Assembly (NCBI GenBank): GCA_964430885.1
Contig: CAYSHM010000013.1
Span: 28,529 to 92,528 of the forward strand
Reading direction: 5' to 3'
Source of the DNA: an uncultured archaeon
GTDB lineage: Archaea; Thermoplasmatota; Penumbrarchaeia; JASLWR01
Length of the DNA: 64,000 nt
The notes beneath the pieces are model-generated. The model did not search any database. It was not told the origin of the DNA and saw nothing but the letters and a program-made list of their open reading frames with translations. The first letter of the stretch is position 1, and the number at the start of each line of letters is the position of its first letter. A program made the translations under genes and the position numbers. Shown here piece after piece: positions 8,870 through 18,401 of this stretch.

Positions 8870-11089
8870 ATGAGGAAACTGACATCGAGAGCGCTGGCTG
8901 TTGCCGCAGGACATATCACTCAGAACCGAAAAAAGTACATCATATTCGTTATTTTCTTAACTGTCGCACTGATATATCCCCTTAGGTCCATCGAGTTCAA
9001 TTCAGATATGGATTCCTTTGCACCAGGGAAACCCGAGTTAAAGGCCAGGGATTATATTGAAAGCAATTTTCGGACCCAGAGAAATATCATATGTATTGCT
9101 TTGCCTGCCGAAGGTGCGATAAATGACACGGACTTCTTACAGGATATTTGGGATGCTGAGCAATCTTTAAGAGCAGAGCTGGACGGCGTGTTCGTCTTTT
9201 CATTGGCTGATTACCTGATGGGATCATTGGGGGCTATGAATATTTCACTGGAGAATGCCCCAGGATACACAGTGGACCTTTTGATCAACGCGGCTTCCCG
9301 GGATCAGAACGTATCCGGCACATTCAACCAGGACTGTTTAATGATATTGGTCAGTATTATTAATTCCTCCGCCGATGAAGAGGATATGGGGATGGAGATC
9401 AGGGATCTGATGCGCGATACTGATGATACCCGATTTTTCGTTCTGGCAGGTTTCAATCACGATCTCAATGAAGGCGCAGTAAGGAGTTTATATCTATTTC
9501 CCATCACCCTTGTTCTTATTGCGGGAATACTATTTCTAAGCATAAGACGTTTGTTCGGAGTGGTCCTCACACTCTTGGCCATTCCCATTGTACTTGTCTG
9601 GACCTCCGGTATCTCGGCGCTCCTGGGATTGGAGTTCACAATATTCGCGTCTGCAGTTCCATTTATTGTTCTGGCACTGGGTATCGATTACGCCATACAT
9701 TCAATGAACCGTTTCTCCAATGAGAGGGATGAGGGAAAGACAGGAATGCAGTCTGCCAGGAGAACTATAAAACATCTTGGAGTGGCTCTTCTTCTATCCT
9801 CCATCACAACTGTAGCCGCCTATCTGTCCAATGCCGCCTCGTCCATACCTGCAGTGGTTGACTTCGGCATAATGGTGGCCATAGGTATCACATGTTCATT
9901 CTTCGTCATGGGCCTTTTTCTTCCCATGGTGAGCTCCTTTTTTGTCAAGAAGGGCCGGAAAAAGAAAAAACGAGACCCATTCAGAGCGGTATGGAGGAGG
10001 TTCAGTATTATAATGGCCCGCTTCTTCTCCATGAAAAGAAATGCAGTGCTGGTGATAGCCGGCGCATTGATCCTTACAGCGGTCTGGAGTTTCGGGGCCT
10101 TGAACCTTGAACGCACCTTTGAACCGGGTGAGGTCCTTCCAGAGGATTCCCCCTGGCTTGAGGCGGAGGAAATGCTGACCAAATACTTTCCCCAGAAAGC
10201 AGATCCGTACCAGGTGCTGATCCGCGGAGATATCACGTCCCGTGAGGTCCTTTCAGCCATTCAGAACGTCACCTTGGTCAACAGTGCGGAGGATTCCCCA
10301 ATCTATCGTATTGGTAATTGGTCAGACCTGGATGAAGAGGGGATCAAAAATATGTTCGATGGATTGTTCGAAAATGATCCGACCATTGGTCAGGTTCTCC
10401 ACCGATCCGGTAATGAATACGATGCGGCGGTGATACGGATTCGGGCCGAGGACAGGGGAAGCATTGACCTCTCTGCCCTTGAGGGGATGGATGATGCGGA
10501 CCATATTCTGACGGGACAAAAAATTACCTATGACATAATAATCTCTGAGATATCAAACTCAATGCTCACATCATTGGTAATTTCAATTATCGTATGCGCA
10601 ATAGTTGTTTCCCTTGTATTTCAGTCGCCCAGAATAGGGATCATTACCCTCTTGCCGGTGAGTATTATGACCGTTTGGCTCCTCGGCACAATGAATTTCA
10701 TTGATTTCTCACTTAACATTGTTTCCATCATTATTGTTGTTACCGCAATAGGCGTGGGTATAGACTATTCCATCCACATAACCAACAGCTTTATCACCCA
10801 AAGGGACCTGGGAAAAGAAAGAGAAAAGGCTTTATCCTATTCACTTCAAACAAGCGGTTTGTCTTTGGTAGGTGCAGCTCTTACCACATCACTGGGATTC
10901 TTTATTCTGGTGTTCTCACCCATGAGAGGGTTCAACGCTTTCGGTGTCCTGACACCTATAATGATCCTCTTCAGTTTATTGGGGGCAATCATAATCTTAC
11001 CGGCCATGCTGATGCTGTCGGACCGCCTGCCCTATCTGAAGGATGTTCACAATAGTAAAATAAATAAGAATGGTAAAAATAAGAAATAG
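8870..11089 (+). CDS. RND/MMPL family transporter
   Basis: Two halves each with G.GIDY.IH motif; about 12 TM. Confidence 0.9.
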   Translation: MRKLTSRALAVAAGHITQNRKKYIIFVIFLTVALIYPLRSIEFNSDMDSFAPGKPELKARDYIESNFRTQRNIICIALPAEGAINDTDFLQDIWDAEQSLRAELDGVFVFSLADYLMGSLGAMNISLENAPGYTVDLLINAASRDQNVSGTFNQDCLMILVSIINSSADEEDMGMEIRDLMRDTDDTRFFVLAGFNHDLNEGAVRSLYLFPITLVLIAGILFLSIRRLFGVVLTLLAIPIVLVWTSGISALLGLEFTIFASAVPFIVLALGIDYAIHSMNRFSNERDEGKTGMQSARRTIKHLGVALLLSSITTVAAYLSNAASSIPAVVDFGIMVAIGITCSFFVMGLFLPMVSSFFVKKGRKKKKRDPFRAVWRRFSIIMARFFSMKRNAVLVIAGALILTAVWSFGALNLERTFEPGEVLPEDSPWLEAEEMLTKYFPQKADPYQVLIRGDITSREVLSAIQNVTLVNSAEDSPIYRIGNWSDLDEEGIKNMFDGLFENDPTIGQVLHRSGNEYDAAVIRIRAEDRGSIDLSALEGMDDADHILTGQKITYDIIISEISNSMLTSLVISIIVCAIVVSLVFQSPRIGIITLLPVSIMTVWLLGTMNFIDFSLNIVSIIIVVTAIGVGIDYSIHITNSFITQRDLGKEREKALSYSLQTSGLSLVGAALTTSLGFFILVFSPMRGFNAFGVLTPIMILFSLLGAIIILPAMLMLSDRLPYLKDVHNSKINKNGKNKK

Positions 11090-11095
11090 ATTCCA

Positions 11096-12142
11096 TCATT
11101 TTTTCAATGCGGCCCCGCAGCCTTTACAGTGATATTCGGTGCTCTCAACTGAAGCTTTGCAAACCGGGCATTCAATTCTATCCCCTTCAGCTCTGCTGCC
11201 ACTTTTCCCTTCTCCTCCGGGTACTGCGATTATTTTCGGAATTCCATCCTCATTTTCCTCAACATGCACCTTCCACAGTTCACCCCGACTGTATATTAGC
11301 GGCAGCAGTTCAGGCGGTAGGTTCAGGGTGCCGTCCATGTTGATGAACACCTCACGGTCCTCATGAAGCTCGGTAAGGTCCATATCAACACCGTGCTGGC
11401 CGATGAACCTTCCGTCTGAGAGTTCCAGCGACCTGTCGGTGAATGAAGCGATATGTTTGGAATGGGTGACCAAAAGGCATGCGGTGTTCAGCTTCTCCCT
11501 CAGGCCAGATACTATCTCCATGACCTTTTCAGCATTCTTGTAGTCAAGACTGCCGGTGGGCTCGTCCATGAGAAGCACTGCGGGATTATTGGCTAGTGCC
11601 CTGGCGATGGCCACTCTCTGTCTTTCACCTCCGCTTAGATGACTTGGAAGCGCTTTCATACGGTCGCTCATACCCAGAAGCTCCATAAGCTCTATTGCCC
11701 TCTTCTTTGCTTCCTTTCGTTTCATATTTGAAAAGAGAAGCGTCTGAACTACATTTGCCAGGGCGGTTATTGTAGGGATCAGATTTCCCTCCTGGAACAC
11801 ATATCCTACCATCCTCCTTCGGAAATCCGCCCTATCCTTCTCAGGTACTTTTAGAATATCGTTCCCGTTGTAGTAAACCTCCCCTGCAGAGGGTTCCTGC
11901 AGTCCTCCCAGAATACGAAGCAATGTGGACTTCCCAGCTCCTGAGGGTCCGACCACCGAAACCAGTTCACCCCGTTTGAGATCAAGACTGAGCCCTCTGA
12001 GGGCCACCACATTTGCCGCACCTTCCTTTCCCTTATAAAGGCTGTATATGTTCTTGGCTTCAAGGACCAGATCTTTTTCTTCAACTTCTTTATTATTTCC
12101 GCCCTTTTTGCATTTCCTTTTTGATTTACGCTCGCCTGCCAT
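11096..12142 (-). CDS. ABC ATPase (LolD/MacB type) with C-terminal AbrB-like segment and Zn ribbon
   Basis: GPSGAGKS, LSGGE, DEPTG, VTH; tail ends CPVC..CKGC. Confidence 0.9.
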   Translation of the reverse strand: MAGERKSKRKCKKGGNNKEVEEKDLVLEAKNIYSLYKGKEGAANVVALRGLSLDLKRGELVSVVGPSGAGKSTLLRILGGLQEPSAGEVYYNGNDILKVPEKDRADFRRRMVGYVFQEGNLIPTITALANVVQTLLFSNMKRKEAKKRAIELMELLGMSDRMKALPSHLSGGERQRVAIARALANNPAVLLMDEPTGSLDYKNAEKVMEIVSGLREKLNTACLLVTHSKHIASFTDRSLELSDGRFIGQHGVDMDLTELHEDREVFINMDGTLNLPPELLPLIYSRGELWKVHVEENEDGIPKIIAVPGGEGKSGSRAEGDRIECPVCKASVESTEYHCKGCGAALKK

Positions 12143-15100
12143 TTAGATCACCCTCGTTGAAACTGATAGGTCCTGACGCGCTGCGCTTATCGCGCTGAGA
12201 GCCACTGCCAGAAGCATGCCTATGAAAGTAGCTGCACCGATCAATATAAGCTGCAGCCACGGTATGAACACAAGTCTGTCCAGAACTCCTCTTCCCAGAA
12301 GTTCACCGATAATATTGAAGAAACCGTTCATGAGGTAGCTGAGACCTATTCCAATGGTTATGCCCAGTATCACTGATATCATCATTAGAACTGAGTTTTC
12401 GCTAATAGCTATCTTATAGACCTGCCCTCTTGAAGCTCCTATTGTCTGGAGGACCGCAAACTCCCGCTGCCGCTTCTTCATTATTATGGAGGAGAACGTG
12501 AAGGATATGGTCAGTGCGGCTATCAGAGAAGCGATGAACATCATTGTCAACAGACCGGGTATGCCCCAGTTGTTCTTGTTCCCGATATCGTTGATCTCCT
12601 TTTGAAGATCGGCCACATTTGTTACGCCCTCCACAACCTCAAGTCTGTCCCCTGTCTTTGATATGGAGCGCCCTTTGGAAGCTCCCACCAGGTATTTGGT
12701 AGATCCAATATCAGCCTCCGGATTATCAATGGTTATGTTGTAGCGAAGGGGCAGGGTCGAGTCATCAAGAGTAATACTTCCGGTATAGAAACCGGATCCT
12801 CCTCCTCCTTCCGAACCTGAAACGCCTGATCCGCCAACGGAACCGTCGTTCAGTATAACTTCGCCGTTCTTATTGCCATGGGACCAGACGGCTTTCACAA
12901 TCCCGTATCTCAAACTCTCACCCAGACTGACATTGAAGTTATAAGCACTTCCTGCCTCAGCTGCCGGAGGGCTCAGATCGAGTATATGGTTGGGGGCCCA
13001 AATATTCCCTACATCCACCCTCTGAAGACCGCTGGAATTGGTGTTGTTATAATAATCGGTCAGATAGATCCTGTAAGTGAGGTCTGATGTGCTCATTCCG
13101 GGTTCCGTCCATCCCATCCAACCTTCCTGGGCCGGAAACAGGGAAATATTGCCTCCTTCTTCCCCATGGCTCCAGTTGACACGCACTGATGTGATTCCAG
13201 AGCTGGGATCAGCAGTTATGTTGAATACAAAAGGCATCCCCGCCATGGCGCTATTTAGGCTGTGGTCCGTGAATACCCTGCCGGGATCAATATTGGCCTG
13301 CATCACCTGGACCTCTCCAGGGACACTTAGGTCATGGTCCCTCATGAGCTGCCGTATAGAGAGAACCAAGGAATGGTCAGCTATCACCGCTTCTTTGCCG
13401 ATGGCTCCCGGAACATGGTCGAACCTGCCAAGAACTGCCGCCTCCAATCTCTCCGTGGTGATATTTCCTGTCACAGGGTCCAATCTGGCAGCTTTTATGG
13501 TAAGTTTATCTCCACTCCTGGCACCTATGTCCGACGCAAAGGACCTGCCCAGATAGATACCGGGAAGTGAATCATCCCGAGCCAGCCTGTCAAGGGCGCT
13601 TTCTGCGCTTTCACCCTTGAATGAGTTCTCATGCCACTTTGCAAAACCAGCATTCTCGGCATCGATTCCGTAAAGGGTAACAGAGGCGCTGTAAATCTCA
13701 ACTGTGACAGAAGGCAGGGGCATTGCCCTGTCCACACCATCTACTTCTAATAATTGTCCTGTATGATCAGTGCTGTTGGAGAATGTCAGCTGAAAATCAG
13801 CTCCTATCTGGTACTCCAGTTCCCTGACGCTGAACCGCTCATCGGAATACCCCTGTATCACCGAAAGGGAAGCAATGGATAGTGTAAGTGCGATTATGAA
13901 AACAAGTTTTGCAACCTCTCCCCTTCTTTTCAGACCGCTCTTGATAATTGGTCCTATATCTCTGAACGTCTTTACTTTCAGCATTACCTTCTCAAGTTTC
14001 AGGGCCGCCCATTTTGCGATCACCGGGGCCGAGAAAGCTCCGCCCACCCATAGTGCGATGGTTCCCAGGAATACGAATAAAAAGGTGTCCCAACCGCTTC
14101 CAAGACTGAGTTTGTAACCCGCTATTTCATCTATATCGAAGGCCCTGTCAAGTATTACCTTCGCTGCGGATATCACTCCGAAAATCAACAGAATGATGTC
14201 GATGTTATGACGTCTGAGGAATCCTTTCTTATTCCATTTCAGCGTCTGCACTGCTTCACTCACCTGCAGATCTATGAAGGATCTTCCCCTTTTCCTAATG
14301 GATATAATGGTTATAAGACCGATTGCCAGTAAGGATATGATAAACGCAGTCATGTCGAACAAGAGAAAATCACCCAGATATTCAAAGGAGAAATTGAAGT
14401 TCATAAAACCAACCGCAGAGCTAATCACCCAGGCGCCGATTACTGCCAAAAGATAACCCAGTACCAGCCCCAGGAACAGAAGGAGAAAGGATTCCGTCAG
14501 GACCTGTCCGAAAATCTGTTTTCCGTCAGCCCCCTGAACCTTCAGGATACCTATCTCCTTCCTTCTCTCCTCAAGGGAAAGCTCCAGACCGTATATCAGA
14601 AGGTAGATGGTGAGGACCACAACAGGAACGATGAGAACAACGTCTATGATTATGATGGCATAGCGTATGAAACTGGATATTCCCAGTATGAAACCCACAT
14701 TGTTGCTTCCTCTGAGGTCTTCCCCGCTATCCCTGGTAATGTCGTTAACAAGTCTATCGATCTGCCCGCTCATGGTCTCGAGATTTCCTGTGCTGAACTC
14801 GTCCTTGTCGATCTTTACAGCCAGGGTGAACAATCCGTATTCCTGAAATTTGCTCATTAGCGTGGAGTTCGTCCCCAGCATTCCGGTTCCGAACATTATG
14901 GTCTCGGCACTCATTTCATCGTCCCAGGAAGCCTCCTCCATCTCGTATATACCGGCAATGGTAACATTCTGGAATCTGTATTCGGTTGTCTCGAAGTCTA
15001 TGTAGGACAGAAGGGTGATGTTGATCCCTGGAACCACATTTCCCACATCCAGGTTCATTCGAAGGGCCATTGACCGGGGGATGACGGTCCTATTCTCTCT

Positions 15101-15862
15101 ACCGGTAAGATCGAAACTTCCCTCTAAACGGTCACCCACAAGCTTATCGTAAATCGTGGTGCTCGCAAACTTATCATCTACAAATGAGGGATTGACCACC
15201 CCGTCTTCCTCTTCCCATTTTTCAAGTGTCTGTTCAAGTGTATCTCCGTCGACTCTGGTGATAAGCCGGAAATCAGGGTCTTCCCATAATGTGCTTCCTC
15301 CTCCTTTAGTGTAATATCCGTTCCCGCCTGGAACGCCTCCTGTGAAAACCACCGCAGACTCGACTCTCGGATCATTATTCACCCGAATTGCATATTCTTC
15401 AAGCAGGGTTACATTTCCCTCTTCCTCCAGACTGAAGGTCACTTCATAGGGTATTCCCCTGACCATGGAATCGTACATCTCATTCTGAAGTACATTGGTA
15501 TAGATGAATATAGACGAGATGATAAGGGTTCCCAATATAATACCGCTGAGCATGGCCAAGGTCCTTCTGGGGTTCCTGAAGATGCGGATAATTGCATCCA
15601 GAAGGGAGTGAAAGGGTTCCAGAAGGGAACTTCCGGTTACAGGCATCATATTTTTTCTTCTTCTAGCCTCCACGGAGAGTGCTTTTGCCCTTACATGATT
15701 CACGATACCTATTATCAGGAAAACCGCGGCCAATATTGCAGCGATTGAGACAAAGCATGTGGCCAAACAGAAAGCCGAGGAGAGATAGATGAACAGAACA
15801 ATGGCCAGGATGAACAGCAGGATGCTGCCGAAGATAGCAGACGACGCTTTCATGATATTCAC
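12143..15862 (-). CDS. FtsX/MacB-like ABC permease (duplicated type) with inserted Ig-like modules
   Basis: ERRKEIGILKVQGA and KRQREFAVLQTIGAS FtsX motifs; two large extracellular domains. Confidence 0.88.
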   Translation of the reverse strand: MNIMKASSAIFGSILLFILAIVLFIYLSSAFCLATCFVSIAAILAAVFLIIGIVNHVRAKALSVEARRRKNMMPVTGSSLLEPFHSLLDAIIRIFRNPRRTLAMLSGIILGTLIISSIFIYTNVLQNEMYDSMVRGIPYEVTFSLEEEGNVTLLEEYAIRVNNDPRVESAVVFTGGVPGGNGYYTKGGGSTLWEDPDFRLITRVDGDTLEQTLEKWEEEDGVVNPSFVDDKFASTTIYDKLVGDRLEGSFDLTGRENRTVIPRSMALRMNLDVGNVVPGINITLLSYIDFETTEYRFQNVTIAGIYEMEEASWDDEMSAETIMFGTGMLGTNSTLMSKFQEYGLFTLAVKIDKDEFSTGNLETMSGQIDRLVNDITRDSGEDLRGSNNVGFILGISSFIRYAIIIIDVVLIVPVVVLTIYLLIYGLELSLEERRKEIGILKVQGADGKQIFGQVLTESFLLLFLGLVLGYLLAVIGAWVISSAVGFMNFNFSFEYLGDFLLFDMTAFIISLLAIGLITIISIRKRGRSFIDLQVSEAVQTLKWNKKGFLRRHNIDIILLIFGVISAAKVILDRAFDIDEIAGYKLSLGSGWDTFLFVFLGTIALWVGGAFSAPVIAKWAALKLEKVMLKVKTFRDIGPIIKSGLKRRGEVAKLVFIIALTLSIASLSVIQGYSDERFSVRELEYQIGADFQLTFSNSTDHTGQLLEVDGVDRAMPLPSVTVEIYSASVTLYGIDAENAGFAKWHENSFKGESAESALDRLARDDSLPGIYLGRSFASDIGARSGDKLTIKAARLDPVTGNITTERLEAAVLGRFDHVPGAIGKEAVIADHSLVLSIRQLMRDHDLSVPGEVQVMQANIDPGRVFTDHSLNSAMAGMPFVFNITADPSSGITSVRVNWSHGEEGGNISLFPAQEGWMGWTEPGMSTSDLTYRIYLTDYYNNTNSSGLQRVDVGNIWAPNHILDLSPPAAEAGSAYNFNVSLGESLRYGIVKAVWSHGNKNGEVILNDGSVGGSGVSGSEGGGGSGFYTGSITLDDSTLPLRYNITIDNPEADIGSTKYLVGASKGRSISKTGDRLEVVEGVTNVADLQKEINDIGNKNNWGIPGLLTMMFIASLIAALTISFTFSSIIMKKRQREFAVLQTIGASRGQVYKIAISENSVLMMISVILGITIGIGLSYLMNGFFNIIGELLGRGVLDRLVFIPWLQLILIGAATFIGMLLAVALSAISAARQDLSVSTRVI

Positions 15863-16575
15863 ACCTCCCCGTCCACGGATTCTCTGAGCTTTCCATTCCT
15901 TAGAATATATATCCTTTGGGATGCCTTGGCAAGGTTCACATCATGGGTGACCATCAATACCGCTTTACCCTGGGAAGCCAGGTTCTTGAACAGCTCGATT
16001 ATCTCCAATCCAGACTGGGTGTCAAGGTTTCCTGTTGGTTCATCAGCGACTATCAGGGGCGGGTCGTTCATGATGGCCCTTGCAACACAGAATCTTTGCT
16101 GCTGGCCCCCGGAGAGGCCGTCGGGAAAATGGTCTATCCTGTCTGAAAGTCCCAGCCGGTTGATTATTTTCATGGCCTTAACACGTACCTCATTGCCGGT
16201 TTCCCCCAGAAGATTGGATGGTATCATTACATTTTCCAGTGCGGTCAGGTTGGATATCAAGTTGAAATCCTGAAAGATCCAGCCCACATCGTGCCGTCTT
16301 ACCTCGGTGAGCTGTTTATGCTGCATTCGGCTGATATCCTTGCCGTTCACCTCCACGATGCCGCTCGAGGGAGGAATCAACCCGCCGATTATGTTCAGCA
16401 TTGTAGATTTCCCGCATCCCGAAGGGCCCATGAGAGTTATGAACTCTCCCATTTTGACCGCAAGGTCGATGCCTTTCAGGACACGGTTCTTTCCGCCTCC
16501 GGGTATGGAGAAATACTTTTTCAGGTTCCTGCATCTGACAAGGACCTTCTTTTTCTTTGCAGTCGACATTTCCAT
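15859..16575 (-). CDS. ABC ATPase (LolD/MacB type)
   Basis: [28 protein letters not shown]. Confidence 0.93.
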   Translation of the reverse strand: MEMSTAKKKKVLVRCRNLKKYFSIPGGGKNRVLKGIDLAVKMGEFITLMGPSGCGKSTMLNIIGGLIPPSSGIVEVNGKDISRMQHKQLTEVRRHDVGWIFQDFNLISNLTALENVMIPSNLLGETGNEVRVKAMKIINRLGLSDRIDHFPDGLSGGQQQRFCVARAIMNDPPLIVADEPTGNLDTQSGLEIIELFKNLASQGKAVLMVTHDVNLAKASQRIYILRNGKLRESVDGEV

Positions 16576-16652
16576 CCACCAAAATAATTTTGTTGATAGC
16601 TCTAATATTCATAAGAACCAAGGTAATGATCAATAGTAACGGAGTTGCGCCC

Positions 16653-17171
16653 TCATTTTTTCTTTTCCCGTCTGTAAAGTACAATACCCACAATTAGGAG
16701 TACAGCACCCACAAGGAATAATCCGCATGACATACAGCACCCACCGCACAGCTCCATGAAGCTGTCCTCTATTCCCAGGGGCTCGGTGATGTATATAACA
16801 GTACTGTCCGAGGAGGTGATATTGTATAGGCCAGTGTCCGGGATTGTGATCTCACCATATTTGACGTATTGTTCCTTCCCCAGTGTCACATCCGTTTCGG
16901 TAAACTTTATCGGGATGGTCTTGTTGTACTCTTGATCCTTCACGGTGATATCGAGATAATCGGGATCCATATATGTCTCATCAGAATCCACCCAAATCTC
17001 ATATTTTCCCTCTCTTAGGATCTCAACAGACGGTGGTTCAACAGTATATTCCGCTTCTTCGCTAGGATCCTGAAGTAGGGGAGGTCCTTTGATCACAGCC
17101 CAGATTCCACCGCCAACAAGTGCTATGACAAGTATGATTATACTGAATACGATTAGCAGCTTCTTGCTCAT
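16653..17171 (-). CDS. Two-TM membrane protein with extracellular beta domain; paralog of the N-terminal half of 17430-18365
   Basis: Shared DPS.EAE.T, EIW, YVKYGE.TI, IYIT.PL, LC.GC motifs. Confidence 0.75.
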   Translation of the reverse strand: MSKKLLIVFSIIILVIALVGGGIWAVIKGPPLLQDPSEEAEYTVEPPSVEILREGKYEIWVDSDETYMDPDYLDITVKDQEYNKTIPIKFTETDVTLGKEQYVKYGEITIPDTGLYNITSSDSTVIYITEPLGIEDSFMELCGGCCMSCGLFLVGAVLLIVGIVLYRREKKK

Positions 17172-17200
17172 TTACGTTCACCTTTTTTCAATATCATGAA

Positions 17201-17443
17201 TTAAGCAGATTTACCATTTTTGCCCTTGAAAATGAACACTTCTTCAATGGTGGTGCCAAATATCTCGGCGATATCATGCGCCAGCTGAAGAGATGGATTG
17301 TATTTACCCTTTTCCAGATAGAGAATAGTCTCCCTCCTGACACCCGCCTTGATGGCCAGCTCCTCCTGTGTGAGGTTGAATCTGGCCCTGAACTCCTTGA
17401 TGCGCGTATCCATGGTATCCATCCCCCTGTTAGCTCCGATCAC
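17201..17443 (-). CDS. XRE-family HTH transcriptional regulator
   Basis: [35 protein letters not shown]. Confidence 0.92.
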   Translation of the reverse strand: MIGANRGMDTMDTRIKEFRARFNLTQEELAIKAGVRRETILYLEKGKYNPSLQLAHDIAEIFGTTIEEVFIFKGKNGKSA

Positions 17444-18365
17444 CCCATCGGTTGTAATAAAGCCAACATAGACCCAATATCACCAGGATCACAAAAATTC
17501 TCCAACCCGACCAGTAGAAAAGCCTAAAGAAAGGTACAAAGACAACTAGGGAAACCAGGATCTCTACGAATATGTAGATAATAAGGGCCGCCGTAGCACT
17601 CTTTCTGAAAACATCCCTGGACCGTTCGTCCCGATAGGGAATTCCCTTGGAGATGTCCCTGAAGGAGTTTCTGGCCTTCAATATCCTGAATAGCATGATG
17701 CCAAAACCAATGGAGATTAAACCTATTCCCCAGTAAATATCTCCGTCATTTTCACCCATTAGGGCTATTGCTAGTCCCAATAATAGAATTGGCAGTCCAA
17801 TGAACGATACAATTATCATTTCCGCCCATAGCTGAAAACGATCTCTCCCTCTCTTTTTCTTTCCTTCTTTGAGCTTTTTAGACACGCCGGCGTAGATGAG
17901 GACGAGACCAATTATTCCCAAGAATAGAGAAATACCGCATCCGTTGCAGAGGGTTACGAAGTTATGCTCAACCTCCAGAGGCTGCGTGATGTATATGGTG
18001 ATGTTCTCTGAGGCCAGGATATGATATGCACCACCATCTTTAATGGTCGTCTCCCCGTACTTGACATATTCATCATCGGCGAGTTTAACCTTGTCATTTT
18101 CATTCTTATAGATATTCGCTGAGGCGTTTTTACTGTCAAGAAGTGTTATTTCCACCTCTTCAAAATCACCGTAATCGTTCTCCAACCATATTTCCCACTC
18201 ACCTGTCTTCAGGGTGGCGTTATCGCCATGGGAAAGGGTGTGCTCAGCTTCCTTGGAAGGGTCCACAAGAAGCGGGGTGCCAAAAAAATACAGAAGGGAA
18301 CCGCACCCTATTATGGAAAATAGTATTGTGGAAATCCCAGTTATTATCAAGGCCCGGCCTTTCAT
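17430..18365 (-). CDS. Membrane protein; extracellular domain fused to a DUF2178-like module
   Basis: C-terminal DERS....KSA motif and YY tail, overlapping the XRE gene as is typical of DUF2178/XRE pairs. Confidence 0.65.
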   Translation of the reverse strand: MKGRALIITGISTILFSIIGCGSLLYFFGTPLLVDPSKEAEHTLSHGDNATLKTGEWEIWLENDYGDFEEVEITLLDSKNASANIYKNENDKVKLADDEYVKYGETTIKDGGAYHILASENITIYITQPLEVEHNFVTLCNGCGISLFLGIIGLVLIYAGVSKKLKEGKKKRGRDRFQLWAEMIIVSFIGLPILLLGLAIALMGENDGDIYWGIGLISIGFGIMLFRILKARNSFRDISKGIPYRDERSRDVFRKSATAALIIYIFVEILVSLVVFVPFFRLFYWSGWRIFVILVILGLCWLYYNRWGDRS

Positions 18366-18401
18366 CTGTATACACCTGGAGTTAAATATTCATATTCGTA
18401 A

